Origin: Camelus ferus
Taxonomy: Eukaryota
Assembly: GCF_009834535.1 (NCBI RefSeq)
Contig: NC_045696.1
Coordinates: forward strand, 97,590,001-97,654,000
Length of the DNA: 64,000 nt
Reading direction: 5' to 3'
The notes beneath the pieces are model-generated. The model saw only the letters and a list, made by a program, of their open reading frames with translations. It did not search any database and had not been told where the DNA came from. A program made the translations under genes and the position numbers. Positions 11,376 to 23,193 of this stretch are shown piece by piece. The stretch's first letter is position 1. Every line of letters begins with the position of its first letter.

Positions 11376-12620
11376 TGGTTCCTGCTGCATAAATTAGCCT
11401 AACGTGCACAAGCACATATACACACAAACCCAAAGACAAACTGAAAAGCCTCCACACTTACGGTGGGGGCAGGTGGGGGTGATGAGGTGTTAGTAAGATT
11501 GCTGTGGAAAGTGGTCTTTATGGCAGGGAAGGAAGACTGAGGGAGCCAGAGGGGTTCTGGTTTAAAGGGATCTTTTCTTGATTAACAAAAGAGGGAACAG
11601 TTTTCTAAGCGCCGTAGAAAATCAGTGTTATTTTCTTCTTAGATCTAGAGGAATCCATCAGTTGTCAAAATTTGTTCTATTTAATCAGCGTTCTTGAAGA
11701 CTGCTCTTCTTTGAGGCTTCCCAAAGGAGGCTCATTACAGATCTTTTCTTCTGAGGCTTTTAAGGAATATGTGAAATGGAGGCTGAAAGCAAGTAATTTA
11801 ATTCTTCTCGGGCAATAAAGTGGGACATAATAGTATATAAAGAGATGAACCCTGTGTTTTCTTGGGTATATTCCATTTATGTTTTTTTTAAAAAATTGAA
11901 CTGTAGTTGATATATTCCATTTAGCTTAATTTGGATGAATCTCTCATCTGTATCAGTATTCATTCATCTGCATATATTAAGATTACGAGATAAAGACCTA
12001 TAGATGTTCTTATGTAGAATTTAGACATTTAGGTAGTAAATTGCTTCTTTCATAAGAAATCTCAAGAGCCATGAAAAGTGTTTGGCGCCACAATTTTCCT
12101 AAGAAAATACTCTCCAAGGGAAAAAAAGTAAGAAAATATTCTCCAAGATAAAATTCCTAAGTAGTATGCTAGATAAACACTTTGGAAAACTGTACACAAA
12201 GATGTGTTGTTTTTAGTGTAGACCCCCTCCAGATAAAATGACTACAATATAAAAATAAGTATATTTGTAACCACTAAAATAGAACCATTGTTATAAGCAA
12301 TATGTAGCATATGGAAAACTGTTTATCATATCGTTCTAATTTGATAACACAGGCAAAATTGTTAGGCTAGGATTATAATCTTGTTTTTTAAAAAGGACTT
12401 TGTTTAGATTTTCTTTTCCCATGAGACGTTGCTCTCCACCTGTGTATTCTGTTTTCAAGTGCTCAGATGCCTCTGGTCATCAGCTGGCTGTAGGAACGAC
12501 TACAGAACTGTGCTTTAGCACGGTGACTGGAGAATGCCATCATGATAACTGGCAAAAACCCACTCAGAAATCTAGTTTTTAGCTTGAGTTACCTGAAGAG
12601 AAAGCCAAGTGTCCTCCCCA

Positions 12621-12743
12621 ACCACTGCTACCACCACCACTGCTACCACCACCACTGCTACCACCACCACCACCACTGCTACCACCACCACGACTACCAC
12701 TACCACCACTACTACTTCCTCTTCTTCTTTTTCTTCTTCTTCT
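12621..12743. repeat. Compound (CAC/CTG-CTA)n then (CTT)n microsatellite
   Basis: Repeated accaccaccactgct units grading into ctt repeats, abutting the tail end of the L1. Confidence 0.9.
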
Positions 12744-12749
12744 TGAGGC

Positions 12750-13058
12750 TAATTTAAAATATCACCTAAGTTTCACGTGTCCAACATAGTGATTCATAAT
12801 TTTTAAGGATTGTACCCCATTTATAGTTATAAAATACTAGCTTTGTTCCTTGTGCTGTACAGTATATCTTTGCTGCTTATTTATTTCATACATAGTAGTT
12901 TGTACCTCTCACTCCCCTCCCCCTTCCTCACTGGTAACCACTGGTTTTCTGTATCTGTGAGTCTGCTTCTTTTTTATACGTTTGTTTTATTTTTTAGATT
13001 CCACATATAAGTGATAACATATAATATTTATCTTTCTCTGTCTGACTCATTTCACCAA
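12750..13058 (-). mobile_element. LINE-1 3' end fragment
   Basis: tttttagattccacatataagtgataacatataatatttatctttctctgtctgactcatttcac, typical of a laurasiatherian L1 3'UTR. Confidence 0.8.
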
Positions 13059-14506
13059 CTTTGAACTGGGGTTTGGCCTGAAATAGACATTTATGGTGAC
13101 ATTGGCACCGGTCATTTTGGCACATGGTGTTAGTGCAAATGTGAGCATTGGGCACATTAAGGATGAAGCCACGTTCCAGAAAATTCTGTCCCCAGTCATA
13201 CCAACTAAATGTCAAAAACTAGGGGAGACGTTGCAGTTTGGGATCTGGATTATGAAGCGTATTGTCTAAGTTCACAGGGTCAGTGCATAAGCCCACCTTG
13301 GACTTCGGTTTGCCGAGAGCTGGCCAAAAAGTCAGGCCTCTGCAGTACCTATACCCCTGAAAAATTCCGGAGGGGTGCCCCAAGTCCCAGACTAGAGCTG
13401 ACCCTTTTAGGAAAGAGTTAAAGGCCAGGTCAAGCTTTTCTTTGGTCCCTTCTTTGTGTGCATGACCTTCATTTACTTATTTATTTTTAATGGAGTCTAA
13501 TCTCTTCACCATGCTGTGGGCCTCTGCTGAGAGTTTAAAAAATTATTTTTGACAGTTCTAGTCCCATCTGCTGGCTGACTTGCTGTAAGTAGTTAGCCCC
13601 CAGAAACTTCCTTGCTGTGGAGAATTTCACTCAGTTAAACTTCTAGGCAGAGGGATTCTGGGAGGGTTTGCCATTCTGCCACTTGTTCTAAATTGATGTG
13701 TCGAGTGACATTTGGACACTTTTCTTTGATCTCCTCTTGGGGGTTCCTGGTGATGTTGTCCCCGCCTGTGTGTGACCACCACCTCCCCCACCCTGTGTCA
13801 GCTGGAAGATTGATTTCTTCTTCCTTTCTGGGGGTCTAAATTTATTCCCTGAGTGTTTTGCAGTTGCTGGTGGTCAGGGACAGCTGTTCTGCCACGCTTG
13901 ACGCTGAATAATTCTCCGTGATGAAGTCAGCAAAATAATAGTATAAGAGAAGCCAGGAAAACGAGAGCCTTCATAGTCTTTTCTTATTAAGTGCCCTGAA
14001 GAGAGGACGATCACCCTCCTCTCCCTGGTTTAAAAAAAAAAAAAGGCAGGAAAAAATAAAATCCTTAAACATATTTGAGGCAGCAAGATTCAAGAATATT
14101 TCTTCTCCCCATAGTATATAATTACCATTTGGTCATTGTAGAAAATGCTGATCAGCAAAAAATGAGAAAACAGAAAACATTGTGATCTGACCACTCAGAA
14201 TCACACGAACATTGACACTGTCTCGTATTTTTGTCATTTTTCCAATACAAATGTAAACAAAAAAGGTCAGAGAATTCTCTATGTTCTTTTTTGTAGCCTG
14301 CTTTTTTCACTTAATATATCACAAGCCTCTTCACATTTCAATCAATATTTTTGATTAGCTCTTTTTATTGGAAAAGTAACACAGACATGGCAAAATATTC
14401 AAACAGTTGTAAAAAGTAGTCGTGAGAAGTAAGTCTCCTTTACATAGGAACCCCCCCAGTCCTTCTCTCCTACCCCGGGAAACCTCTACTACCAGTTTCC
14501 TCAGTG

Positions 14507-14720
14507 CAGTCGTCCCTCATCCCCTGTTACCATGAGGGATTGATTCCAGGACCCCTGCAGATACCAAAATCAGAGGATGCTCAAGTCCCTTACGTAAAAT
14601 GGCATAGTACAGTCCGCCCTTGGTATCCACACCCTCGTGTTCTGCACCCACAGACTGGATTTCAATCCATGATTGGTTGAATTCCAGGATGAGGAACCCG
14701 CAGATACAGAGGGCAGTCTG
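14507..14720. mobile_element. MER2-like (TcMar-Tigger) non-autonomous DNA transposon
   Basis: Ends cagtcgtccctc ... gagggcagtctg form TIRs; internal ttccaggacccctgcagataccaaaatc...ggatgctcaagtcccttacgtaaaatggc. Confidence 0.8.
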
Positions 14721-15433
14721 TATTCTAGAAATATTCTACATACATATGCATCCTTGGATGTATGTGCCTTTTTAAAACTAAACATATCTTAGAGAGCTTT
14801 CTAAATTAGTACTTATACATGTGTTTATTCTTTGTTAGCAGTAAATAATATTCCACTCTACTGATGTACCATACTTTATTCAGTCTGTCCCTGTGCTGGA
14901 AATTTAGGTTCTTCACTGATTGTTTCCTATTATTATTATTAAACAGCGCTACAAGGTGCATCCCTGTATATAAATTCTTGTGCCGTATGCTGTTTATGTA
15001 GAGGATAATTTTGAGGAATTCCTGGGTCAAAGGTTATGTGTATTTAAAGTTTTAATAGATGTTCCACTTCCCTCCAAAAAGATTATACCAATTTACACTG
15101 CTCCCAACAATGTAACATTCTTTCCCCCTATTAGGGCCAGTAATGTTTATTACCAAACTTTTTAGCCTTTATAATTCTGATAGGTACATATTAGATTGTC
15201 ATTGTTTAATTTGTGTATATATATATATATGCGTGTGTGTGTGTGTGTGTGTGTCTAAGTTATGAATGGACTTGGGCATATTTCTGCTAATGCACCATCA
15301 TGTTGTGCTAATGGCTGTACAATATTCCATTGTGTGACTCCACCATAATTTATTTAACCAGTTCTTCTATTGAGAGACATATAGAATGCTTCTATTTTTT
15401 CTTATTATGAATTATGTTGCAGTAAATACTCTT

Positions 15434-15520
15434 TTTTTTTTTTTTAATGGAGATACTGGGGATTGGATCTAGGACCTCGTACATGCTAAGCATGCACTCT
15501 ACTACTGAGCTATTACCCTC
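15434..15520 (-). mobile_element. tRNA-derived SINE (Vic-1 type) with TSD
   Basis: Same tRNA-like head, poly-A tail, TSD cagtaaata(c/t)tctt at 15420-33 and 15521-34. Confidence 0.88.
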
Positions 15521-16991
15521 CAGTAAATATTCTTGTACATAAATTTTTGTGCCTTCCTTTAATTTTTCAGTTTTGCCTCATTTTTCCAGTTTCTTTGGAC
15601 TGTTTATTTGTTAGGAAAGTATAAGAATTCCTTAAAAATACAATTCTGACATGGTTTGATTTTATAGAACTAATTAAGTAAGTGTCTTCAGATCACTCAG
15701 TGTGTTGGGGAGGATTTGTTTGAGGTCTACTTTCCTTTACAAAAAAATGATTTAAGGTTGCCCCAAAAAGTGTACTTTCAGCCAGGCACTGAGCTTTCCT
15801 ACTTGCTCTGTTTCTCAGCTTGCCTATCCATATGTTTCCAACTAAAGCCATAAATGGAAGCTTCATTTGAAGTTTGCTTCCCAGTACATGTCATGCATTT
15901 CATTCCATATTATTTTCGTCCTTTTCCTTTCCAGGACTGTATTTCTCAGACACCAGTGAAGAGTGAGTTGTGAGTTTTCAGTTTTGCCAAGAGTTAAATA
16001 TTTGCAGAGATGGAAAAAAAATAAAGTAAAAAAAAAAATTACTGTGGATGATTTAGTCCTGGCTCACCAGACTTTCACTTAGCTGTTTCAAAGCTCACAC
16101 TTAAAATATCAAGAAAAATATTCAGTTTCCATTCTTATCAATTGCCATAATGCCTGAATTAATTAGAATGCAACTGTAATTTCTCCTCACATGGAACTGG
16201 CTCATCCCGTCCTAGCACAATGAGTTCTCAGGGGAGCTGCAGATGGAAGGTTTCTGGACTCTCTGCCTCTGCTGTATATATTGTTTTTCTCTTGTGACTG
16301 CCTGAAACACTGCAAACAAGGGATTCTCCTCCAGAGACTCCACTGCTCCCATCTAAACATTTGTTATTTGTTGTCTTCTTGTCTGTCTCTGCTCCAGTTT
16401 TAAGCACAATACTTTTTCCCTTGTCATTTGAGGGAATCTTAGACACAAACTATATTAAAATAGGATGGCTTTGGCTTGAGACATTGAAACATGCTTCCCT
16501 GTATATGTTCCTTGCATTTTCGAGTTGCTTCTCCAGCCTCGACTCTGCCCTTCTTAACTTGTCCAGTTTTCCTTCTATCAGGAAAGCCAATGTGGAACAG
16601 TTTCTTCAGCTCTGACCCGGGGAAGTGAGGGCCTTTCACTACAGGGTCTCAAGCTTTACAGTCAACTAACTCTCTTGGACCCCAGCTTCCCCCCGAGAAA
16701 ACCTGTAATTCTTTAGTCCAGTATCTTCTTGTCGGGCACAGTTGTCCTGAGCTGTTTATTCTGAAAGACCAGCGCCATAGAGCATCTCTTTGTCCTGTCT
16801 TTCCAGGCTCTCTATTTTTTGAAAATGAGATTTTTTTTCTCTTCTCTAAAAAAATTGAGATAAAATTGACAGAAACATTATATTATAGTTTTCAGGTGTA
16901 TAGCACAGTGATTTGATATATGTATATATTGTGCAATGATCATGGCAATAAATCTAATTAACATTCATAACCACACATAGTTTTTTTTTAA

Positions 16992-17445
16992 TGTATCAAC
17001 TGAAAAAAAAAAACAACCACACACACGACCTAAAAGGTAAAAATTATGTTTTATTCAAGGACCTTACTGAGGACTATAGCCTGGGAGGCAGCCTCTCAGA
17101 TAGCTCTGAGGAACTGTTCCAAAGAGGGAAGGGAAGAGACAGAATATGTAAGAATTTTTGCTGAAAAAAAAAATATAGTCAAACATCAAAAGTTACTGCT
17201 AATCACAAAAAAATAGACATCACAAGATTTTAGTGCTTTTCTATGTATGGGAAGATACAAGAGTCTGGTCTCATTAAAGTTATTCTTTTGACATATATCT
17301 TTATTATCCCAGGCCAGTATCCTGTTTTTCTCCATCCTGTGTTCTCCTCAGGGCTCACTGTCCAGGCTGCTGCAATGGTTGATGGTTTGAGGGCTGGCAA
17401 CATTCATTGTTTACTGAAATGGCAGACATCATTTTTTTGCCCACA
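16992..17445 (-). mobile_element. ERV1-class solo LTR (resembles the artiodactyl MER41-like family)
   Basis: TG...CA ends, minus-strand AATAAA (~17050-55), motif cagcctctcagatagctctgaggaactg ... tgcttttctatgtatgggaagatacaagagtctgg. Confidence 0.7.
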
Positions 17446-17913
17446 AGTAACAGTTGGAGTCAGGAGTGGAAGGAAGTAGAGAGGCTAGGGGGAATGGTGC
17501 GTGTGAGGTATCAGAATCACACGGCCCCTGTTACAACTAGGGTTCTCTCCCTCCAAACTCCTCCAAACAATAGTTCTCAAAGCCATTGTGTAGTAGTGGT
17601 TTCCTCCAAGAGAAATAATGTCACAGCCCAGCGGCACGTATACAACGCAGTTTGTCTGGACTCTGCCAGACTGAGAATTTTCAGTCTCCAGGGAGCTTAG
17701 GGTGTGTTTAGGGGAAGCTTTTTCTTTGTTGTTGTTGTGCTTTTTTTTTTTTTTTAAATATGTTATCTTTTATTTGGGAATAATCTAAAACTTACAGAAG
17801 AGTCTCACGGAGAGTACAAGCGATGCCCATGTGCTCTTTGCCCAGATTTGCCTTTGTTAATTCTTTATGATTTGCCTCACTTGGTTATCTCTTTCTCTGT
17901 ATGAAGATGTATC

Positions 17914-18365
17914 TCTTTTCTTTCTTTCTTTCTTTCTTTCTTTCGGGGGGATTGGATTCGGGCTTTTCAGAGGCTAGGGCTGGGCCGAGGGGACGGGGGT
18001 TTATCAAGGAAGGAAGGGAGGCAGGAGGGAAGGGGAGGAGGAGGAGGGGGACGGCCAAGGGAGGAGGAGCCTCGGAGAGGGACGGAGGGAGGGAGGCATT
18101 TCAGACCGGAGGAAGGGCGGGAGGGAGGGACCGGACCGGTGCAGGGAGTCTTCGCCCCTTTTTGTCCTTCTTCTTCCTTCTTTCTTTCTTTCTTTCTTCT
18201 TTTTTTTCTTTCGTTCTTTCTTCTTTCTGTCTTTCTCTCTTTCGCTTTCTCTTTCTCTTTCCTTCCTTCCTTCCTTCCTTCTCCTTCCTCTCCTTCTTCC
18301 TTTCTTTTCTTCTTCCCTTCCTTCTTCCTCTTCCTTTCTTTTCTTTCTTTCTTTCTTTCTTCTTC

Positions 18366-18408
<43 letters not shown>

Positions 18409-18449
18409 TTCTTTTCTTTCTTTCTTTCTTTTCTTTCTTCTTTCTTTCT

Positions 18450-18489
<40 letters not shown>

Positions 18490-18543
18490 TTCTTTCTTTC
18501 TTTCTTTCTTTTCTTTCTTTTCTTTCTTTTCTTTCTTTCTTTT
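17914..18543. repeat. (TTTC)n polypyrimidine microsatellite with an internal G-rich block
   Basis: TTTC units at 17914-17944 and ~18151-18543; purine-rich block at 17945-18150. Confidence 0.9.
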
Positions 18544-18643
18544 CCTGAACTCTTCAGGAGTAAGTTGGAGACATCATGCCTCTTACCCCTGAATGCTTCA
18601 GATTGTGTTTTCTAAAAGGACATATTCTGACATCAGCACAGCG

Positions 18644-19138
18644 CAGGCACCCTTTGTGTTACTGTGCTCTTTATTGCTCTTCGAAGACATGCTTTTTTTT
18701 TTTTATACAAATTGATGGTTTGTGGCAACCTTGTGTCACACAAACCTGTCAGTGCATTTCCCCAACAGCATTTGTTCTCTCTGCGTCACAAATTGGTAAT
18801 TCTCCCAGTAGTTCAAACTTTTTCATTATTATTGTATTTGTTATTGTGATCTGTGATCAGTGTACTTTGACTGCTGTTGCAGAAAGATTAAGATTCACTG
18901 AAGGCTCAGATGAGAGCGTTTTTTTTAATAATAAAGTATTTTTATTAAGGTATGTACATTTTTTAAAGACATACTGCTATTGCATTTATCTATACATACA
19001 TATATCTAATATAACCTAATAGACTGCATTATAGTATAAGCATAACGTTTATATGCACTGAGAAACCAAAAATTGCATGTGACTTGCTTTATTGCAGTGG
19101 TCTGGACCTGAACCCTCAATATTTCCACGACATGCCTG
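18644..19138. mobile_element. Tigger1-derived internally deleted DNA transposon
   Basis: Ends caggcaccct... and ...catgcctg. Internal tacaaattgatggtttgtggcaacc, ctgaaggctcagatga and atatgcactgagaaaccaaaaat match Tigger1. Confidence 0.85.
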
Positions 19139-20679
19139 GATAGTATCAAAATCAGGAAACTTAACATTGATACAATAATGCTTTTTAATCCACAGTCCAT
19201 ATTTAAAATTTCTTCATGTGCTGCAGTAATGTCCTTTACAGCCGTTTTGGTTTCTGGTCTAGGATCTATTGAGGATCATGCATTGCATTTAGTTATCCTG
19301 TCTCCTTGATCTCTTTTTATCTGGAATGATTTCTCAGCCCTCGTGTTTCTGGACCTTGACATTTTTGAAGAGGATAGGCCATTTATTTTGAAGCTTGATT
19401 TTTTAAATGTGGATTTGTCTACTGTTTCCTCATGGTTTAGATGTAGGTTATACATTTTGTGCAGACGTTCTGCAGAAGTGATGTGTTCTTACTGCATCCT
19501 GTCAGGAGACACGTGATGTCAGTCTGTCCCAGAACAGGTGATGTGGGAGGAGGCAGAGTTTGCTTGGATCAGCCGGCTCCTCTAGTGAGTGTGTTCTCAT
19601 TAAGACAGTGCAGTGTGAGGAAAATGGTCCACCAGGTCTCTCTGTAAGGTGTGACCTCAGGCCGTGTAAACCTTTCTCCTTCCTTGGGATGATGCACAAG
19701 GATGCTCACCTTAAGCTTCACAGAACACTGTCTAATTCATAAATAGCACAAGATCAGTGTCACTGTACATACAGAGACCGAGTTTTAAAATGAAACTGAT
19801 GCTTCTATACATTTGTTCTACTATTGCCTCCTCCAAAACACACAGTTCAAAAGGATACATATAAATAATTGACTTAAGTTGGGGTAGAGAGAGACTGTGG
19901 CTGAGAAAATAATAAAGCCAGGGAGAAAAATGCATACTGTAGGCCTCGTGTGGTTGTGGATTTGATTTTGAGACTTGGGGGGGCTAGTGCAGAGAGGCGG
20001 TACGTTCAGTTATGTAAGTCAAAGCATGCATGAGGGAAAGGCCCACCTGGTGTGGAGGAGAAACAAAGTTTTTCCAAGTATAGATGCCTAAGAGGTAATT
20101 TTCCTACGAATTCGCTGTATGTGATCTAGACGCTGTGATGAAAGTCTCCCAACTGTGAACACCAGGAGTTTTAGAGAGAGGTTTTCTCTCACCTCCCCAG
20201 ACACTGGGCGGTGGCATGATCTCAGAGCACCAGCCAGGTATGGCTGCAGACCACACGGCCACACCACCCACCTAGTTGGACTCAAGGACACAATTTAGAA
20301 AATCCCAAGTTGGAGCCTTTTGTTGTATGTGTTGTTTGGTTTTTGTTTTTAAAAACAGAACCCCCTTGGCATGCCCTCCCAAATGAAGTTTAGAGGTGTA
20401 GGTGTTGGTTTTACTTTGCTTGGGACCAGAATCTCCTTTTGTAAGTCTTTAAAAGCAGAGCCACCTCTTACCTCCATCCCAAAGCTCATTCCTTTCTTCC
20501 CCAGAGATGACTCTGAACCACCTCACAGGGCTGAGAGAACAGCCCAGAGACCTGGGTCCCGAAGTGTGTACCCCCAGAACTTCTCCATCTCTGGATGCCT
20601 TTGGAATTTTTTATTTTACCATAGTGTATGAAATACTCTGAGCCCAAAGGGAATTTCTGTCACTTTGGAATAGAGGCCA

Positions 20680-21320
20680 ACTACACTGCTCACCACAGCC
20701 ATGATGCCCCATATGTCCTGATCCCTGCCCCTCACCCTGTGCCCATCAGCCATGTGGGCCACCCTGTTTTGCTCAAGGACTCCAAGTCCATGGGTCAGGC
20801 ACCTACCCACCTCAGGACCTTTGCACTTGCTGTCCCTGAGCGTAGAATGTCCCCCACTCTGATTTCTGCACTTCATTCAGATGTCTTTATTTATTTACTT
20901 TTATTTATATATTTTTAGAATTGAAGTATAGTTGATTTACAGGGTTTTGTTATTTTCAGACATATAGCATAGTGATTCAGTTATATATATATATATTCTT
21001 TTTCATTGTGGGTTATTACAAGTTATTGAATATAGTTCCCTAGGCTATATAGTGGGTCCTCGTTGTTTATCCATTCAGATGTTTTTAGGTCACACATTAC
21101 CTCCTCAGAAAGGACTTCCTTCTGTGCCTAAAATAGTTCCACATTTGTTCAAGCCCTTATCACTAGAATTACACTATATAATTGCTGTTGTCTGTCTCCC
21201 CACTAGACTGTAATCTCCTGAAGGGCCAGGACCTTTCCATCTTGTTCATCTGTATCTCTAGTACCTAGAAACAGTGCCTTGCACCTGCTTGGGGCTTAGC
21301 AGGTATTCAGTGAGTGAATA
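20680..21320 (+). mobile_element. L2 3' fragment with a nested L1 3' end (20890-21072)
   Basis: L2 motifs ctcaggacctttgcacttgctgtccct and tctgtctccccactagactgtaatctcctgaagggc. The L1 insert is flanked by TSD cattcagatgt(c/t)ttta. Confidence 0.75.
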
Positions 21321-21491
21321 TTTAAGTGAACCATAGAACACTGGAAAAAAGAAAATCATCTATAGTCCCACCATCCATACACCACCACTATGAGTATTTT
21401 AATACATTTTTATTTCAAAGGTAATTAACCTTTTGAGGTCACTAGAAATTCTATAAGATCCAGGGGTACAGTCCTCAAAATGCATAAAAGC

Positions 21492-21672
21492 GATGCGGAG
21501 GGTATAGCTCAAGTGGCAGAGTGTATGCTTAGCATGCATGAGGTCCTGGGTTCCATCCCCAGTACTTTCTCTAAAAATAAATAAACAGACAAATAAATAT
21601 AAATTTTAAAAATAAATTACTTCCTCCTCCCCCAAAAAATAAATAAAAAAATGAAAAAACAAAAAAATTTTT
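21492..21672 (+). mobile_element. tRNA-derived SINE (Vic-1 type) with TSD
   Basis: ggagggtatagctcaagtggcagag...gaggtcctgggttccatcccc, A-rich body and tail, TSD aaatgcata(a/t)aagc. Confidence 0.9.
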
Positions 21673-23160
21673 AAATGCATATAAGCACACATTTCCTAAA
21701 TCTGACACAATTTCATCAGATTTATTATTCCCTGCCACCCCTGGTTAAATTCTTCTTTTACTGAGTACCGCTGTCCCGATGCAAAACACCCACATTAGAT
21801 TACTGTATTATCTCTGCTAATCTGATTGCTGTAGAATGGCTCTTGAATGTATTTCTGTGATTCCTTGTGAAGCTAATCATTCTTCCACGTTTGATTACTA
21901 AATGCGGGTTCTCTTTCATAAATCGTTCAAGTCCTCTGACTGTCTCTTGGAGTGTCCATTGTATGAGCGCTTTAAATAATGAAAATGTTTATTAAAATGG
22001 CATGTAACAAAAAGGAAACAGATTAAGAGCTTGCGGCCCACACGGGCAACGTCTTCCCGCGTCTTGTGGACACAGCTGTGGACTCATTTTCTGGTCTTGA
22101 GCTTGGGTTGCCACACTGTGAACCTGGAGTAGTTTTAAAATCATTCAGGAAAGCTCACCAATAAAAAGCTACAATAAACTCTCTCCTGACTAATGAAAAT
22201 AAATGCATGAATCAGAGTTTCCATTTCCTGCTGGGATAAAAGTCTACCTATTGTCTGAAGATAATAAAACAAGAAGAGTTTTGCTTTTGCTGCTGCGGCC
22301 AGGCCATGGAGTTAATAAATTCAAAGACACAAAGATGACTTTGTGAAGCAGCACAGCGAAGCACCCAATTTCCTCTTTTTTCCGAGTTGGGTCATTTTTT
22401 GCCTAAATTCACTGGCTTCATAGATGTGCTTCCTGCCTGGCCACTTTTGATAAATCTTGAGATATCCCAGAAATCAGTTGGAATCTGAGCAGCACAGTTT
22501 GGTGCTGCTTTAGATGAAGGAAATATGGTTTCTTTACAGCACAAGGATCCGGAAGAAATGAACATGCCAGAAAGATGTGACTTTTTTTTCTAGCGTGTTC
22601 TGGATATATTAAAATGGTGAATATGGATGTTTAAATCCTTTAAATGCCAATAAAATATACGTTGTAGGTAATGCATTTGCTAGGAAAACATAAAAAACCA
22701 GTGTTGCGGGCATTTCCATCTTTCTACCTAGAAGATCAGGGTTGCCTGGGTGCTTGCACCCTGGTTTGTTGATGAGATTACTGTTGGGCAGACAGGAGAG
22801 CAAGTAGGAAAATCATTTGCTGGTGCAAAACATTCAGGGTTTCCTGTGATATAAATGCAGCTGGGGTTACAAGTCTAAAACCAGAAGAGCCTGGAGCATC
22901 TGGAAAACCTAAGGCTCACTTGTCAAGTTTTAGGGGCACCTGGAAGTGATTTCAAGGTCTGAAGCCAGGGAAGTGTGGCCGGAGCACACGGACCCCAGAG
23001 CTCTGTGCCTTATCAACTGAGCCGGACAAGAAGTGTCCTTATAATTACTCTCACCCAGAATTGAAATAAAGGGCTCAGTGTGAAGTTGGGACAGTGCAAC
23101 TTCTTGGTTTAATACTTTACAGATTTTTGGAACTGAATGCACCCTGCAGTGAAAAGCTGC

Positions 23161-23193
<33 letters not shown>

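Larger units (their letters stand above)
17760..19600 (-). mobile_element. Old L1MC-type 3' end interrupted by a microsatellite and a Tigger element
   Basis: L1MC-like text continues across both insertions (…aaggacatattctgacat [Tigger] tatcaaaatcaggaaacttaacattgataca…). Confidence 0.65.

Noticed and set aside
12542..12757. His/Cys/Tyr-rich ORF resembling a metal-binding peptide
   Set aside because: Arises from a CAC-type microsatellite at an L1 tail.
17901..18615. 215-aa and 158-aa F/S/L-rich ORFs
   Set aside because: Translations of the TTTC microsatellite; no coding signal.
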